DNA of 64,000 bases from a virus (taxonomy: Duplodnaviria > Heunggongvirae > Uroviricota > Caudoviricetes). Under the pieces are notes generated by a model. It saw only the letters and a program-made list of their open reading frames with translations, ran no database searches and had not been told where the DNA came from. Each line of letters opens with the position of its first letter. The stretch's first letter is position 1. The stretch spans positions 13,017-77,016 of IMG/VR virus record IMGVR_UViG_3300033066_001079. The stretch is one strand, 5' to 3'. A program made the position numbers and the translations under genes. Of this stretch, positions 45,826 to 56,001 are shown piece by piece.

Positions 45826-46355
45826 TTTTCGTGGCGGGATAGATTTTGAAGTCTCTCGGCTTGACGAATGGCATGCTCGGTTTCTGCTGAGCTTCTGCGA
45901 GCTTCTGCGGCTTTCTGCTTGGCCTTATAGCTATTCAAAAGGCTCATTCCAAGCATAACGAAGCCAACCAGCCCCAAGGCCGGAACAACAAACTCTAGAA
46001 GATACATTCTTCTAGCGAATACGCCGACCAAGAAAAGAACGCCGCAAAGAGCCCAGACGCCAAGCATGATGTTTTCATGACGACTAGACTTGTTCACGTT
46101 GACTCCTGCTTTTTCCAGAATGGCGTCTATGTCTACTGACAAGTCCTTGGACCTATCAACAAACTTTTCTGGCAGATCGTCTTCAGCAACAATCCGAACA
46201 GTTGCAAGCAAATTTACCTGTTCAACTTTGAACAGGAGCTTGTCTCTATCCATGAACTCTTGAAGCCTGCCTTGCTTAGCAAGCTTAACAACTCCCTCTT
46301 CTGGAAGTTGAAGAACCTTTGCGGCCTCTGCGACGGTATAGAACATCTTTGCCAT
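45822..46355 (-). CDS. membrane protein with N-terminal excisionase/MerR-like HTH
   Basis: YTVAEAAKVLQLPEEGVVKLAKQGRL is an HTH. Two TM helices follow. The stop overlaps the SPFH start as ATGA. Confidence 0.5.
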   Translation of the reverse strand: MAKMFYTVAEAAKVLQLPEEGVVKLAKQGRLQEFMDRDKLLFKVEQVNLLATVRIVAEDDLPEKFVDRSKDLSVDIDAILEKAGVNVNKSSRHENIMLGVWALCGVLFLVGVFARRMYLLEFVVPALGLVGFVMLGMSLLNSYKAKQKAAEARRSSAETEHAIRQAERLQNLSRHEK

Positions 46356-46502
46356 GTTCGCCTTCTTTCTCGAAAGACATTATAGCCAGACGATTCTCAC
46401 TTGCTTTTATTGTTCCATGCACTACAAAAGTCTAGTAAGATACGAACCCACAAATAAAGCATGGACAGAATGATAGCACCTGCTATCCAGTACCACATAG
46501 GT

Positions 46503-47465
46503 TTACACTTTGTAGTTGGTGAAGTTCAGCGGTTCGTCAAGATTCTCATTGTAGAAAACCCAGCCAACAAACTGCGATCCTTCATAATCATGAATAACAA
46601 CCATCAGTCGGTCGCAAGCGAATAGAATCTCAGGAACGGTCTTGCCGTTTACGCAAGCTTTATCCACTTCGGACGCCATCACTCCGTTGATGATTGCGTC
46701 ATAGGAAAGGTCAGATTCACTCCAACCAGACTCTATGGCTCGATTGCGTTCTCTCTTGTAGTCGTCTATCGTGACAAATGTTTTCTGCATCATTGGGAGT
46801 GCGAAATGAGCACCTGAACGAAGCAAAATCGGCTTGCTGCGGACTTTATTGGTAATTTTGCAGCGCATGTTTGCGTAAACCATGCGATGAGTGTTGGCAA
46901 TCGTCTCGTAACCCTTGAGTTTTTCAGACGGCTCAATCAGGCAATCGTCTTCCAGCAACCTGATCTGAACCTTGAGGCCGCTAATCTGACGAGGAGTAAG
47001 AGCAGCTATCCTGTTTTCCAAAGTATCGGGAAGATTTTTGAAAATACGCATACCTCGACCGTCCTTGTTCTCGAATTTGTTGAAGTATTCAAGATCCACC
47101 TGCGTCTTGAACTTCTTCTTTATACTCTTGGTAAAACGCTGGGCACTCTCCTTTGTAGGGAACTCGTAGTCGCATCGTGAGGGTTCCCAATCAGAAAAAG
47201 TTCCACCACATTTTTGGGCCTCTACCTGAAGCTTATCAAAAGTAGGGCCGAGACTGCTACCTTCTCCATGCAGGATTTCCGCCATCGTGTCTGGGCAGTC
47301 ATCCGTGAGGAGAACTCGAACAATATGTATCTCTTGAATCATGCGCAGCAATGCCTCTGTTTGTTGCATCAAACATCGGAATACCGCCGCTCGACTGCAA
47401 ATCTTGCACCCAGCGCTAGTTACACTTCTTTTGACACTTGGGCCTATTTGACTTGGCGATACCAA
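46503..47465 (-). CDS. hypothetical protein
   Basis: 320-aa ORF. Confidence 0.5.
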   Translation of the reverse strand: MVSPSQIGPSVKRSVTSAGCKICSRAAVFRCLMQQTEALLRMIQEIHIVRVLLTDDCPDTMAEILHGEGSSLGPTFDKLQVEAQKCGGTFSDWEPSRCDYEFPTKESAQRFTKSIKKKFKTQVDLEYFNKFENKDGRGMRIFKNLPDTLENRIAALTPRQISGLKVQIRLLEDDCLIEPSEKLKGYETIANTHRMVYANMRCKITNKVRSKPILLRSGAHFALPMMQKTFVTIDDYKRERNRAIESGWSESDLSYDAIINGVMASEVDKACVNGKTVPEILFACDRLMVVIHDYEGSQFVGWVFYNENLDEPLNFTNYKV

Positions 47466-50400
47466 CCAGAAGCCTGAACCGGCGGATTTCCGGGTTCGTC
47501 GTCTTTTAGCTGTTGAGCTTCATACTCAGCATCCAAATCGAGATTACCACCAACCATATCCGCTTGAGCTTCGCCAAGGATATTTACGCCGAATGGTCGC
47601 ATCATGTCGTCCAAGTCATGAACGAGATCTACGTTTGCTTGACGATCTTGCTCTCTAGCCTCGTTGATCTGCGCCTGAACCTGCGTATCGTCAAGGCCCT
47701 TGAGCAGGTACTCTTCTGATTCAGAGTCCAAGTCCTGAATGATTCCTGACAATCGAATCTTGGTACGAACGTAGTTATAGAAAAGCTCGTCTGGCGTGTT
47801 CTTGCCTTTGATAACCGTATATCTAGTAAGCACAGGCATGACATTGTTGATTCTGTATGCTCTACCTTCGGTCTGTTCGGTAATACGAGGAGTCCAGTCA
47901 AAGTCGTTCATAAGAACATCTTGAGTCGTATTAGGCAAGCTTACACCAGTACCGCCCTTCAAAGAAGCAATAACCATAGCTCTTGCAGGAGAGAACGGGT
48001 CTTTGAATGATTGAATAGACGCTCTAATGCTATCGCTATCGTCGCCGTCCATGATGTGAACAACTTGCGCTTCTGGGTCAACTTGAGCCAAGTGAGCCTT
48101 CAGTTGATTGGCAATAGCATGACAAGTATTGCGGAAGCAAGAGAAGATTAGAACTCTCTTTCCTTGATCCAATATGTTCTTGGCTTCTTGAACGGTATAA
48201 GGAACCTTCATGGTAGCTAGCGTCATTCTTGCAGCAGTCATACCGCAAATAGCCGCCGCAGGATTCTTGTAAGCATTTAGCTTATTTTGAAGCTGAACAG
48301 CAAACGCTTGCATGTCGAAGTCTGCTTCTGGAATTGGTAGCTCGCCAATCTCATGCGGAGGAAGATTCTCGTTCATAGCTCGCATGGAACGGCTAAGATA
48401 TGCGCCAGATAGAGTTAGCCACTTACGAAGATTGTAAGCTCCCTTCTCTTGTAGAGCAATGATATCTTTGTCTCCCATACTCTTTAGATTCATCTTGCCG
48501 CCAACAAAAGCGTCATTGAACGCCTTGGAAGAAAGCTCTCCTAGAGTGTGTCCAGTCAAAGCGAGCAAGTTATGGATGTCCATTCCTGTGTTAGCGGCTG
48601 GCGTTGCGGTTACGCCCCACTTGAACGGAATCTTTGGCGCAAGATGAGAAATGATTCTAGACATACCAGAAGCTTCATTCTTAAGAACGTGAGCCTCGTC
48701 CAATACCATACAAGTGAACTTGGCGTCGAAAAGCTTATTGACTAGCTCCTGAGCTTTCTTCTTCTTTGGCGCAAGAACAGGCGCTCCATTAGGAAGGAAC
48801 TGAGGCTTACCGTCTGGTCCTCTCTGAGGAATAGCGGAGATAGAGCTATAAGAGATAATAACCCAACGAGAGTCAGAAGCCGGATCGTCAGAAACCGTAT
48901 CTTCTGGATTGTTAGCCAACCATTGATTGATTTCTTCTCCCCATTGCTCTTTAGTGTTCTTTAGAACAAAGACCAAGGCTCGTCCGCCAGATTGCTTCAA
49001 TCGCATTGCGCAAGCGGCGATGCTTTCTGCGGTCTTGCCAGTTCCAGCCTTGTCGCCAAGAATAGCGCTGTTGCGGCTGTATAGCCAAGCAACGCCTTGC
49101 TTTTGCTTAGGAAGAAGCTGTCCACCAGCGATGGTCTGATCAACGTCCTGATAAAAGGCGTCGGTATTGAATAGCTGAGATCCGCTCTTGTCTCGAAGCT
49201 GCTTACCGTCCTCTCCCATAGCAGGATAGCCGTCTAGTTCGCCAGAGAATCGCTGTCTTTCAAGCTTCTTGCCAGCCAACAATCGTCCAAGAACTCTTCT
49301 ATAACCGTCTACGTTCCATTTGCTGTTCTTAAGAAGATTACCGAATCTTACAAAGTCGTCAAAGTTTCCGTAAAGATAGTGCTTGCCTTGAGCTTCAAGC
49401 CTCATGCCTTCTGGCTTAGGGCGAACTCTCGGAGCGGCTGCTGCTTGAGGATCAGCGGGATCTGCGCCAGCAGGTGCAGGAGCCTCAGCAGGAGGCTGTC
49501 CTATCCCCGGAAGCTGACCTTGCTGGGGTTGCGCTGCAAACGGAGGCTTCATATCATTAGTTAAGTGTCCTACGCTTGGGAAAGAGAACTTAACAAACTC
49601 TGTTATTTCTGTTCGAAGTTCTGGTATTCTTGGCATTCGAATAGCCATGAGGAATCTAGTTTGATCGCTTACATCCTCTGCTTGTATAATTCGATTAGGA
49701 TCTTCGTTGTTTGCTTTCTTTTGATCAAGCGTCTTATCATAAGCGTCGATAAGGCCTTCAAACTCTTCAGTATTGAAGCCTCTCTGCTTCATGAACTGAG
49801 CAAGTTCTTTGAGCTTAGAAGGAAGAACGTTTTCAAAGTCCCATGCAAAATCATTAGGACTCCATCTTCCGCCCATGCGTTGCTGTTTAATATAGTCAAC
49901 AACCGTATTGTCTCTCTTGAACTTGAGCTTGAAATAGTTCCATTCCGGCATGGTAACTTGAATCTTGTTACCATTTTGCGCTTGCTGAGCCGCTTGAGGA
50001 GCTTCAGCGGCCTCCTGAGGCTGTTGAGCAGCGGCAGCAGCGGCGGCGTCTCCTAGAGCTTGAATAGGAGTAACGTCAAAACCAGATTGTCCCAAAACCT
50101 TAAGAGCTTGTTGATAGAACGCAGGCTCAGCAGTTGCTATCGCATAGCAACCGGGTCGTTCCTTAACACCGCTGAATAGCTTGAAGGCGGCTTTTTCAAC
50201 TCGACCGCCAGCCTTCTTTTCAGCGTCCGTACCCTTCCATTTGTTCTTCCAAGTAGCCCACGGAGGATAAGCTCCCGTTGCTGGATCTTTTGCCGCTTCG
50301 ATGTAATCTGAAGCAAGCTTCTCAAGAGCAGTTCTTTCTTGAGCGTATAGCTCCATAGCAACGATTACCGTTGTCCATTTTCCCCATGCTTTTTGTTCTA

Positions 50401-50641
50401 TAAACTGAAGTTGCCTTGCTCCATGCTGCTGAGGCTGCTGAGGGGCTTGCGGTTGCGGATTTTGCTGTTGTGGGGGCTGTTGAGGAGCCGCAGGAGGGGC
50501 GTTCATTGCGGGCGGTTGAGGAGCAGGGTTCTGTGGGATAGGAGCTTCTTCTAATGGAGCGTCGTCGCCCGGACCAATAGGCATAGCTACCTTCATGAGG
50601 GTATCAAAGTTATGGTCATTTAGTGAAAAATACTCTATCAT
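47444..50641 (-). CDS. SNF2-family helicase with Gln/Pro-rich N-terminal region
   Basis: Motif I is ILGDKAGTGKTAES, motif II is MVLDEAHVLKN and the C-terminal helicase domain has VLIFSCFRNTCHAI. The N-terminus is PQQP-rich. SD AGGAAA lies upstream. Confidence 0.75.
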   Translation of the reverse strand: MIEYFSLNDHNFDTLMKVAMPIGPGDDAPLEEAPIPQNPAPQPPAMNAPPAAPQQPPQQQNPQPQAPQQPQQHGARQLQFIEQKAWGKWTTVIVAMELYAQERTALEKLASDYIEAAKDPATGAYPPWATWKNKWKGTDAEKKAGGRVEKAAFKLFSGVKERPGCYAIATAEPAFYQQALKVLGQSGFDVTPIQALGDAAAAAAAQQPQEAAEAPQAAQQAQNGNKIQVTMPEWNYFKLKFKRDNTVVDYIKQQRMGGRWSPNDFAWDFENVLPSKLKELAQFMKQRGFNTEEFEGLIDAYDKTLDQKKANNEDPNRIIQAEDVSDQTRFLMAIRMPRIPELRTEITEFVKFSFPSVGHLTNDMKPPFAAQPQQGQLPGIGQPPAEAPAPAGADPADPQAAAAPRVRPKPEGMRLEAQGKHYLYGNFDDFVRFGNLLKNSKWNVDGYRRVLGRLLAGKKLERQRFSGELDGYPAMGEDGKQLRDKSGSQLFNTDAFYQDVDQTIAGGQLLPKQKQGVAWLYSRNSAILGDKAGTGKTAESIAACAMRLKQSGGRALVFVLKNTKEQWGEEINQWLANNPEDTVSDDPASDSRWVIISYSSISAIPQRGPDGKPQFLPNGAPVLAPKKKKAQELVNKLFDAKFTCMVLDEAHVLKNEASGMSRIISHLAPKIPFKWGVTATPAANTGMDIHNLLALTGHTLGELSSKAFNDAFVGGKMNLKSMGDKDIIALQEKGAYNLRKWLTLSGAYLSRSMRAMNENLPPHEIGELPIPEADFDMQAFAVQLQNKLNAYKNPAAAICGMTAARMTLATMKVPYTVQEAKNILDQGKRVLIFSCFRNTCHAIANQLKAHLAQVDPEAQVVHIMDGDDSDSIRASIQSFKDPFSPARAMVIASLKGGTGVSLPNTTQDVLMNDFDWTPRITEQTEGRAYRINNVMPVLTRYTVIKGKNTPDELFYNYVRTKIRLSGIIQDLDSESEEYLLKGLDDTQVQAQINEAREQDRQANVDLVHDLDDMMRPFGVNILGEAQADMVGGNLDLDAEYEAQQLKDDEPGNPPVQASGWYRQVK

Positions 50642-50686
50642 TTAGTTTCCTACCACTATTTCGTAGTTTTTTACCGAAAGCCTTTA

Positions 50687-53494
50687 CTATAAAACGCCTA
50701 AACGAGCCTTACCATACCACGAAGCTTGCGGTCTATTAGCTCCGGGAAGGGCTGGCGCGGCTGGCGGCCTACCAATCGGATTGATAGGAGGACGAGGCGG
50801 CTGAATAGGAGGTGGCGGACGAATGCCTCTCTCGCAGTAATCTTCAACCTCAGGGTCCGTAAACGCAACTGGGTCAATCGTGTCGCAACGAACTTTCCAT
50901 ACGTTGTTCTGATTTCCTTGGAACAACATCTGTTTTACCATTGATATGTAAGTTTTCTTAACTTCATCCTTATCTTTTAGGAATGGAGGAAGATTGGCGT
51001 ACTCAAGAATGATTTGCAATTTCTGTGGCATAAATTGGCTCTTTGTTCGAACGTCAATGTAGGCGTTGTATACTTCTGGAATAGACTGAATATCCAATGG
51101 AAGCTTGGTGAAGTATTCTGCTCGACTCTTGATCATCTGAATAACATACGGAATGTTTCCACGGAAGTTATTCTTAGCCGCAAGCCACTCTTCATCTTTT
51201 TCGAGCATCGGGTCAATAGGAACCGGAGGGAATCGAAGAGGTCGATTTTCCCCAAGCATGTGCTTCTTATAGTCGCTAAATAGAGCTTGGTCTTGCTTGA
51301 ACTCTGGTTCAAACTTCTGGAACTTTGCAATATGCTTCCTAAGCACCTTCTGCTTGGTTGCTGCTACAAACTGCTGATAACCCGGCAGTCTTCGAATCCA
51401 TATAGGAGCCAGAGCCTTTAGCTCTTTATCCATGAAGTTGTTCAGATATACAGAGTCTTCCGTTTGTCGAGAGTGCGGAGCAAGGTGCGCATTGGCTATC
51501 TTCTCTGCGTTCTCGGTAGCTAGCTTTTCAATGTTCGCAGGATCTTGGAAGAATGCATTAACAGCGTCTTTTGGAAGCTCTTGAGAGTAGTTGCCTTCTT
51601 GAATAGCTTCTACCGCTGTTTCTTCTTTGATCTGGTTTACAGCAGCTTCAAACTCTCGATTCTCGTTAAGCTCTGGCATGTACTTGCCAATAGCTTCTTG
51701 GAGTTCTTGGAGAGAGATCTTGGCGACCGTAATACGGTCTTTCTGCTGCTTGGTCTTGCGAGACATGCCGTAGGCGTTGGCTCTCCAATAGAGGCCTTCT
51801 CTATACTTCTGCAAAACGCCTTGCTTGAAGACTTCCTTGCCCTGAGGATACATCTGCCAGTGATTAGGAACCTTCTCAAGAACGTCTTTGATACGCTCTG
51901 GGTTGTTTTGATAGAGAGTAGTAAGTCTTCCGTGAACATTCTCAATAAACGCAGGGTCAGCAAGAACGAAGTCTGGCATGTTCTGAGCATTCTCTGCGAC
52001 GTTCTGAGCCATCTGCATAGCGTCTCTTGCTGGCAGAGCTTGGATCTTCTTGAACCAACCTTGCTTACAAGCTTGCTTTAGCTGCTCAATGGTTTCAGGA
52101 TATTGGAGGAACTTCTCGTTGTCTGTAACTCTTGCAAAGAGCAGAGGATCAGCAATAAGCTGCTTCTTGAACTCTTCAATCTCTTCCTGATTTGGCGTTC
52201 CGTCCTCGTTGAAGAAGCTCTTGTTGAGCGCTCGCTCTTGAAGAAGACGTTCCCAGTGGTACTTAGCAGAACTACCGCTGATTCGTCCTTGTAGATTTTC
52301 GCGGAAAATAAGATCCGTTACTTCTCTCCAATACTGAGTTGGACAAGAACGGCTTACTCCGCCAGCATAGCTTTGGTCGCCTGCAATCTCTAGAATATCC
52401 TCGCCGCCGAATCGAATACCTACATTTGCCTTGCCGTTCTCTACTAAGATCCAGAAGTCGCCAGCCGTAAGATACAGCGGTCCATTGGAGTTTTTCTTAG
52501 TACACCATTCATTAGGAACAGAAAAGTTATGCAGAATCTCAACGTTCTCTTCAAATACTTTTTCTGCCGGAGTTATCGTTCCGTCAGCATTCTGGCGCGG
52601 CTTGGTATTCGCTTTCTTGGGAAGTTTGAGCCAACCAGCCTTGTTTTCTCCGTCAAACTCCTGACGAGAAACTTCGAGGCAATGGTCCGCAAGCTCTTTC
52701 TCATAGACCTTGAATATGTCAATGTTTCGAGATTCATTCTGGTTGATAGCGTCTTGGACAATCTGAGGGTCTAGCTGAGTTTGAGCGGCAATCTGCTCTA
52801 TAGTCAACTTGGGATTGTTCTGCTTGCTAAGCGCAAAGACAGCCTTTAGGGTCTTCTCGTCTTTGATTGGACCGTCATACTTGAACTTTGTGTTCTTAAC
52901 TTGCTGAAGCATCTTCGCAATAACTGGCGGAGACGCTGCTGGCGGCGGCTTCAATGTCTTAGGACCAGAGCTATCGAAAATGGGATTCAAAAGCAGGTAG
53001 ATGAAGGCAGGACTTTGATTATACTCAGGATGGTCCTTGATATAGTTAATCCAACCGTCGAAGCCTTGCTTCTTCATGCGGTTGATAACGTCAAGATAGA
53101 ACTTCTCTCCTCCCGCAGGATCTCCCCTCTGAACAAGATTATAGGCATGTTCTAGTTCAGGGTTGTAAATCTGATTCTGCTTGGCGTAGGTGTACTCTTT
53201 CTCTACGTCAAACTTCTTGAGATAGTTATTGGCTGGATTCTCAGGGTCTACCTTAGCGTAAACCTTTGGTAGCACTTGAGTTCTGATAAACTCGTTGATG
53301 TCGTCCTGAGACTTAATGGCTTTGGGGACTTCCTCGCCAGTTTCTTCGTTTTCAATGCTATAACCGTTCCATTTGATCATGCCCTCATATCGCATGATAA
53401 ATAGCTGTAGAGCAACGTCAGCAATCTTGAATTGCTGAATCTTCTCTTTCGGACCTGCAATCTTTATGAGTCTATCAAGGCGGTACCATCCCAT
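50687..53494 (-). CDS. large hypothetical protein (possible virion component) with Pro-rich C-terminus
   Basis: 935-aa ORF. It begins MGWYRL (a partial leader motif) and ends PPPPIQPPRPPINPIGRPPAAP. Confidence 0.55.
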   Translation of the reverse strand: MGWYRLDRLIKIAGPKEKIQQFKIADVALQLFIMRYEGMIKWNGYSIENEETGEEVPKAIKSQDDINEFIRTQVLPKVYAKVDPENPANNYLKKFDVEKEYTYAKQNQIYNPELEHAYNLVQRGDPAGGEKFYLDVINRMKKQGFDGWINYIKDHPEYNQSPAFIYLLLNPIFDSSGPKTLKPPPAASPPVIAKMLQQVKNTKFKYDGPIKDEKTLKAVFALSKQNNPKLTIEQIAAQTQLDPQIVQDAINQNESRNIDIFKVYEKELADHCLEVSRQEFDGENKAGWLKLPKKANTKPRQNADGTITPAEKVFEENVEILHNFSVPNEWCTKKNSNGPLYLTAGDFWILVENGKANVGIRFGGEDILEIAGDQSYAGGVSRSCPTQYWREVTDLIFRENLQGRISGSSAKYHWERLLQERALNKSFFNEDGTPNQEEIEEFKKQLIADPLLFARVTDNEKFLQYPETIEQLKQACKQGWFKKIQALPARDAMQMAQNVAENAQNMPDFVLADPAFIENVHGRLTTLYQNNPERIKDVLEKVPNHWQMYPQGKEVFKQGVLQKYREGLYWRANAYGMSRKTKQQKDRITVAKISLQELQEAIGKYMPELNENREFEAAVNQIKEETAVEAIQEGNYSQELPKDAVNAFFQDPANIEKLATENAEKIANAHLAPHSRQTEDSVYLNNFMDKELKALAPIWIRRLPGYQQFVAATKQKVLRKHIAKFQKFEPEFKQDQALFSDYKKHMLGENRPLRFPPVPIDPMLEKDEEWLAAKNNFRGNIPYVIQMIKSRAEYFTKLPLDIQSIPEVYNAYIDVRTKSQFMPQKLQIILEYANLPPFLKDKDEVKKTYISMVKQMLFQGNQNNVWKVRCDTIDPVAFTDPEVEDYCERGIRPPPPIQPPRPPINPIGRPPAAPALPGANRPQASWYGKARLGVL

Positions 53495-53600
53495 TCCTAG
53501 AGTCTCCTGTACCCTCTATTTATTGCGAAATTGTCTACTGTCCTCCTTATAGAAATCGACTAAATTGCGCGCAAAAGAAAACCCTCCAACATAGCAGAGG

Positions 53601-53641
53601 GTTTATTAGACACGAAAAACCGCCGGTCACCTTTTGAAGGG
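53601..53641 (-). terminator. rho-independent terminator after the GC-rich AAA+ gene
   Basis: On the minus strand the stem CCGCCGGT...ACCGGCGG with an inner CCTT/AAGG is followed by GTTTTTCG. It lies about 50 nt 3' of the stop at 53694. Confidence 0.5.
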
Positions 53642-53693
53642 CAACCGGCGGCTGAGATAAGAAGGAGGGGACTCCTTCCTATGGAGCTTGAAC

Positions 53694-55409
53694 TTAGCCC
53701 TTCGTCCCGTTCAGGACGGGCTTGGCCGCAGCGGTAGTAGCCGCAGCAGGCTTGCGCTCGCCATTCAGGTCAATGCCAAGCTTGCCAACCTCGTCGGCGG
53801 TCTTCAAGCCAGCCCCGCTACCCGTGGCATTCATGGCGTGAAGAGCGTTGACCATTGCCTGACCAACAGCATGCTCCGCAAGCTGCTTGAGAATGGGCGG
53901 AAGGTTGGTGCCGCTCGTCGCAGCGACCGCCTTGCCGATACCCGCTCCAAGGCAAGCCATGCTGACTTCCAAAGCGGAAGGTCCGTCGCCGGTCTTCGCT
54001 CCGTTGAGCAGAAGCATGTGAGGCTCCATGCCCTTCATAGCGACGATGAGATCGTCAGACGTAACCTGACCAGTGAGGTCGTCCGTTCGTGCCAGAGTCG
54101 CAATCTTGCTGCGCTCAACGCACTCGCGGATGGTCGCCGGGATCTGACCAGTAAGGAACTCAGCCGCAGGCTCGATGTCGCAGCCCTCAGCAAGCAGGTC
54201 GCCGCCGTAGAGACGAATCAGACGCTCAGCCGCCTGCTTGTCGGGAGGCAGAACAGGGATAACCGTGTCGATACGGCCCGGACGGAGGAAAGCCTTGTTG
54301 ATGTTCTCAGCATGGTTGGTGGTGAGAATCGTGATGATTTCCTTGTCCTTGTAGTCAACGCCGTCGATGATGTTGAGAACTTCGTTGAGCTTCGGGTCGC
54401 GAGGCCCGTTCGTCGCCATGTCAACGTCCTCAGCGAAGATAACGCAGGGAGCGTAGAGCTTGGCGAACTTGAAGGCGAGCGGGAGGTCGCGAACGTCGTT
54501 GAGGTAGAGGAACGTGAACCCGTTGTCCTCGCAGAGCTTCGCCGTGACGTAGGCCGTCAACGTCTTGCCGCAGCCGTAAGGCCCCGTCAACAGAACGCCG
54601 CGCTTGAGGGGGATACCGAACTTGCGGCAGAGCCTCGCCTTCTTGATGGGAGCGAAGAGGCCGACGTTCAGGAGGTTCTTGATCTCGTCACCAAAGATCA
54701 ACTGCTCTTCGCTGATCTTCGAAACGTCGATGAAGCGAGGAGAGTCAACCTGCCAGTCGAAGGGGCGCTGATCCCGAATCCAATTGAAGTGGACGCGAAT
54801 CGCCTTGCCCTTGTAGATGCTGTGCTTGCGGAGATTGTGTTCGGTCTTCGCCGCAATGTCCGCAACCAGCTTCTCGTTCTTCTTCTTGATCTCGCCCTGA
54901 ATGTAGAAGCGAGGCTCGGTTCCTTCGGGAGGCATGCCGGTTTCGAGGCGACCGTCAATGCCGAACAGCTTGATGCTGCCCCAAGGCACCTGAACCTTCT
55001 CGTTCACACCCGTCTCAACGGTAACGAGAACAGGAGGCTTCGGAGAATCGAAGAAGCTCTTCGGGGGAGTCTTCGTGCCGATGGGGTGGCCGAACATCTC
55101 GCAGACCGCACGATGGAACGCAATCGCTCCGTCCATCGGGAAGCAGTCAAACTGGTGGTGAACGCCGCAGGTAGCGTTCTCCTCGTCGCGAATCTGATGG
55201 AGGAAAGCAATGCCTTCGTCCGTCGTCATGTCGCGAGGATCGGAAGGAAGAACAATCTTCCTGCCTGAGCGCTCAAGAATCACATCCTTGAACAGAACTT
55301 GCGAGTCATCCTCCTCTCCGTTCACATTCTTCTTGCTAATCGCTTTCGTCGGTGCGTTGGGGGTCGCCATGCGTCTTCCTATCTCATAGAACTCTTGTCT
55401 CGCTACCAT
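53694..55409 (-). CDS. AAA+ ATPase of anomalously high GC content
   Basis: Walker A is LLTGPYGCGKT, Walker B is VIFAEDVDM and sensor-2 is RPGRID. Sampled 60-nt blocks are about 58% GC, against about 38-45% in flanking genes. The antisense ORF at 53688..55268 and the nested minus-strand ORFs are artefacts of the GC bias. Confidence 0.8.
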   Translation of the reverse strand: MVARQEFYEIGRRMATPNAPTKAISKKNVNGEEDDSQVLFKDVILERSGRKIVLPSDPRDMTTDEGIAFLHQIRDEENATCGVHHQFDCFPMDGAIAFHRAVCEMFGHPIGTKTPPKSFFDSPKPPVLVTVETGVNEKVQVPWGSIKLFGIDGRLETGMPPEGTEPRFYIQGEIKKKNEKLVADIAAKTEHNLRKHSIYKGKAIRVHFNWIRDQRPFDWQVDSPRFIDVSKISEEQLIFGDEIKNLLNVGLFAPIKKARLCRKFGIPLKRGVLLTGPYGCGKTLTAYVTAKLCEDNGFTFLYLNDVRDLPLAFKFAKLYAPCVIFAEDVDMATNGPRDPKLNEVLNIIDGVDYKDKEIITILTTNHAENINKAFLRPGRIDTVIPVLPPDKQAAERLIRLYGGDLLAEGCDIEPAAEFLTGQIPATIRECVERSKIATLARTDDLTGQVTSDDLIVAMKGMEPHMLLLNGAKTGDGPSALEVSMACLGAGIGKAVAATSGTNLPPILKQLAEHAVGQAMVNALHAMNATGSGAGLKTADEVGKLGIDLNGERKPAAATTAAAKPVLNGTKG

Positions 55410-55587
55410 GCGAGACTGTCATTTTTGGGCAGTCAGCCTTTCCGACTGCCAACTTGGAAGACCATACTAGCATGGATTCCACGCTTTCAAATTCTTTCGA
55501 TGTGACAACAAAAGAAATCGTGCCGAATCGACAGCTTCTAGGTGAAGCCTATATAGACCGCCGAGAGATCTGGTCGATTATTTCTGT

Positions 55588-56001
55588 ATGGCTGTTTCTC
55601 CGCGCAAACAAAAGCTCTTGCACTCCGTTGATTTCGGTCAACTAGAGCATTCAACCGGAAGTCGTCCGGTCATGAGATACAGTACAGCCGTAGACGACTT
55701 TTCTCTGGCAATGAATCCGAGCATGATTTCCCGGTTTGATCCGTCATATATAGACAGAGACGCAAGGAATAGACAGTCAATCATTGTGGAAGATATAACT
55801 GTCCAAGACCTCTGCGACTATATCAAGGTTCTGCGCGACGAAAACGCAAAGCGCAAAGAAGAAATGATGACAATGATTTATGGTCGTTCTTTCTCAACCA
55901 TAGAACCTATGTATATACCTAAGGATATTGCCAAGGAACTGAATATCAAAGTTGAAGAGCCGAAAGAGATATCTAAGTTTGAGCTTCTAGACCTTACTTA
56001 G
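55588..56001 (+). CDS. hypothetical protein (weak)
   Basis: 137-aa plus-strand ORF between minus-strand genes with an uncertain start. No SD was evaluated. Confidence 0.3.
   Translation: MAVSPRKQKLLHSVDFGQLEHSTGSRPVMRYSTAVDDFSLAMNPSMISRFDPSYIDRDARNRQSIIVEDITVQDLCDYIKVLRDENAKRKEEMMTMIYGRSFSTIEPMYIPKDIAKELNIKVEEPKEISKFELLDLT

Noticed and set aside
53688-55268. 526-aa plus-strand ORF, and three 60-90-aa minus-strand ORFs, inside the AAA+ gene
   Set aside because: Stop-free frames are expected in a ~58% GC gene. The translation is Arg/Ala/Leu-rich low complexity, the listed start is TTG, and the opposite-strand AAA+ ORF has complete Walker A/B and sensor motifs.
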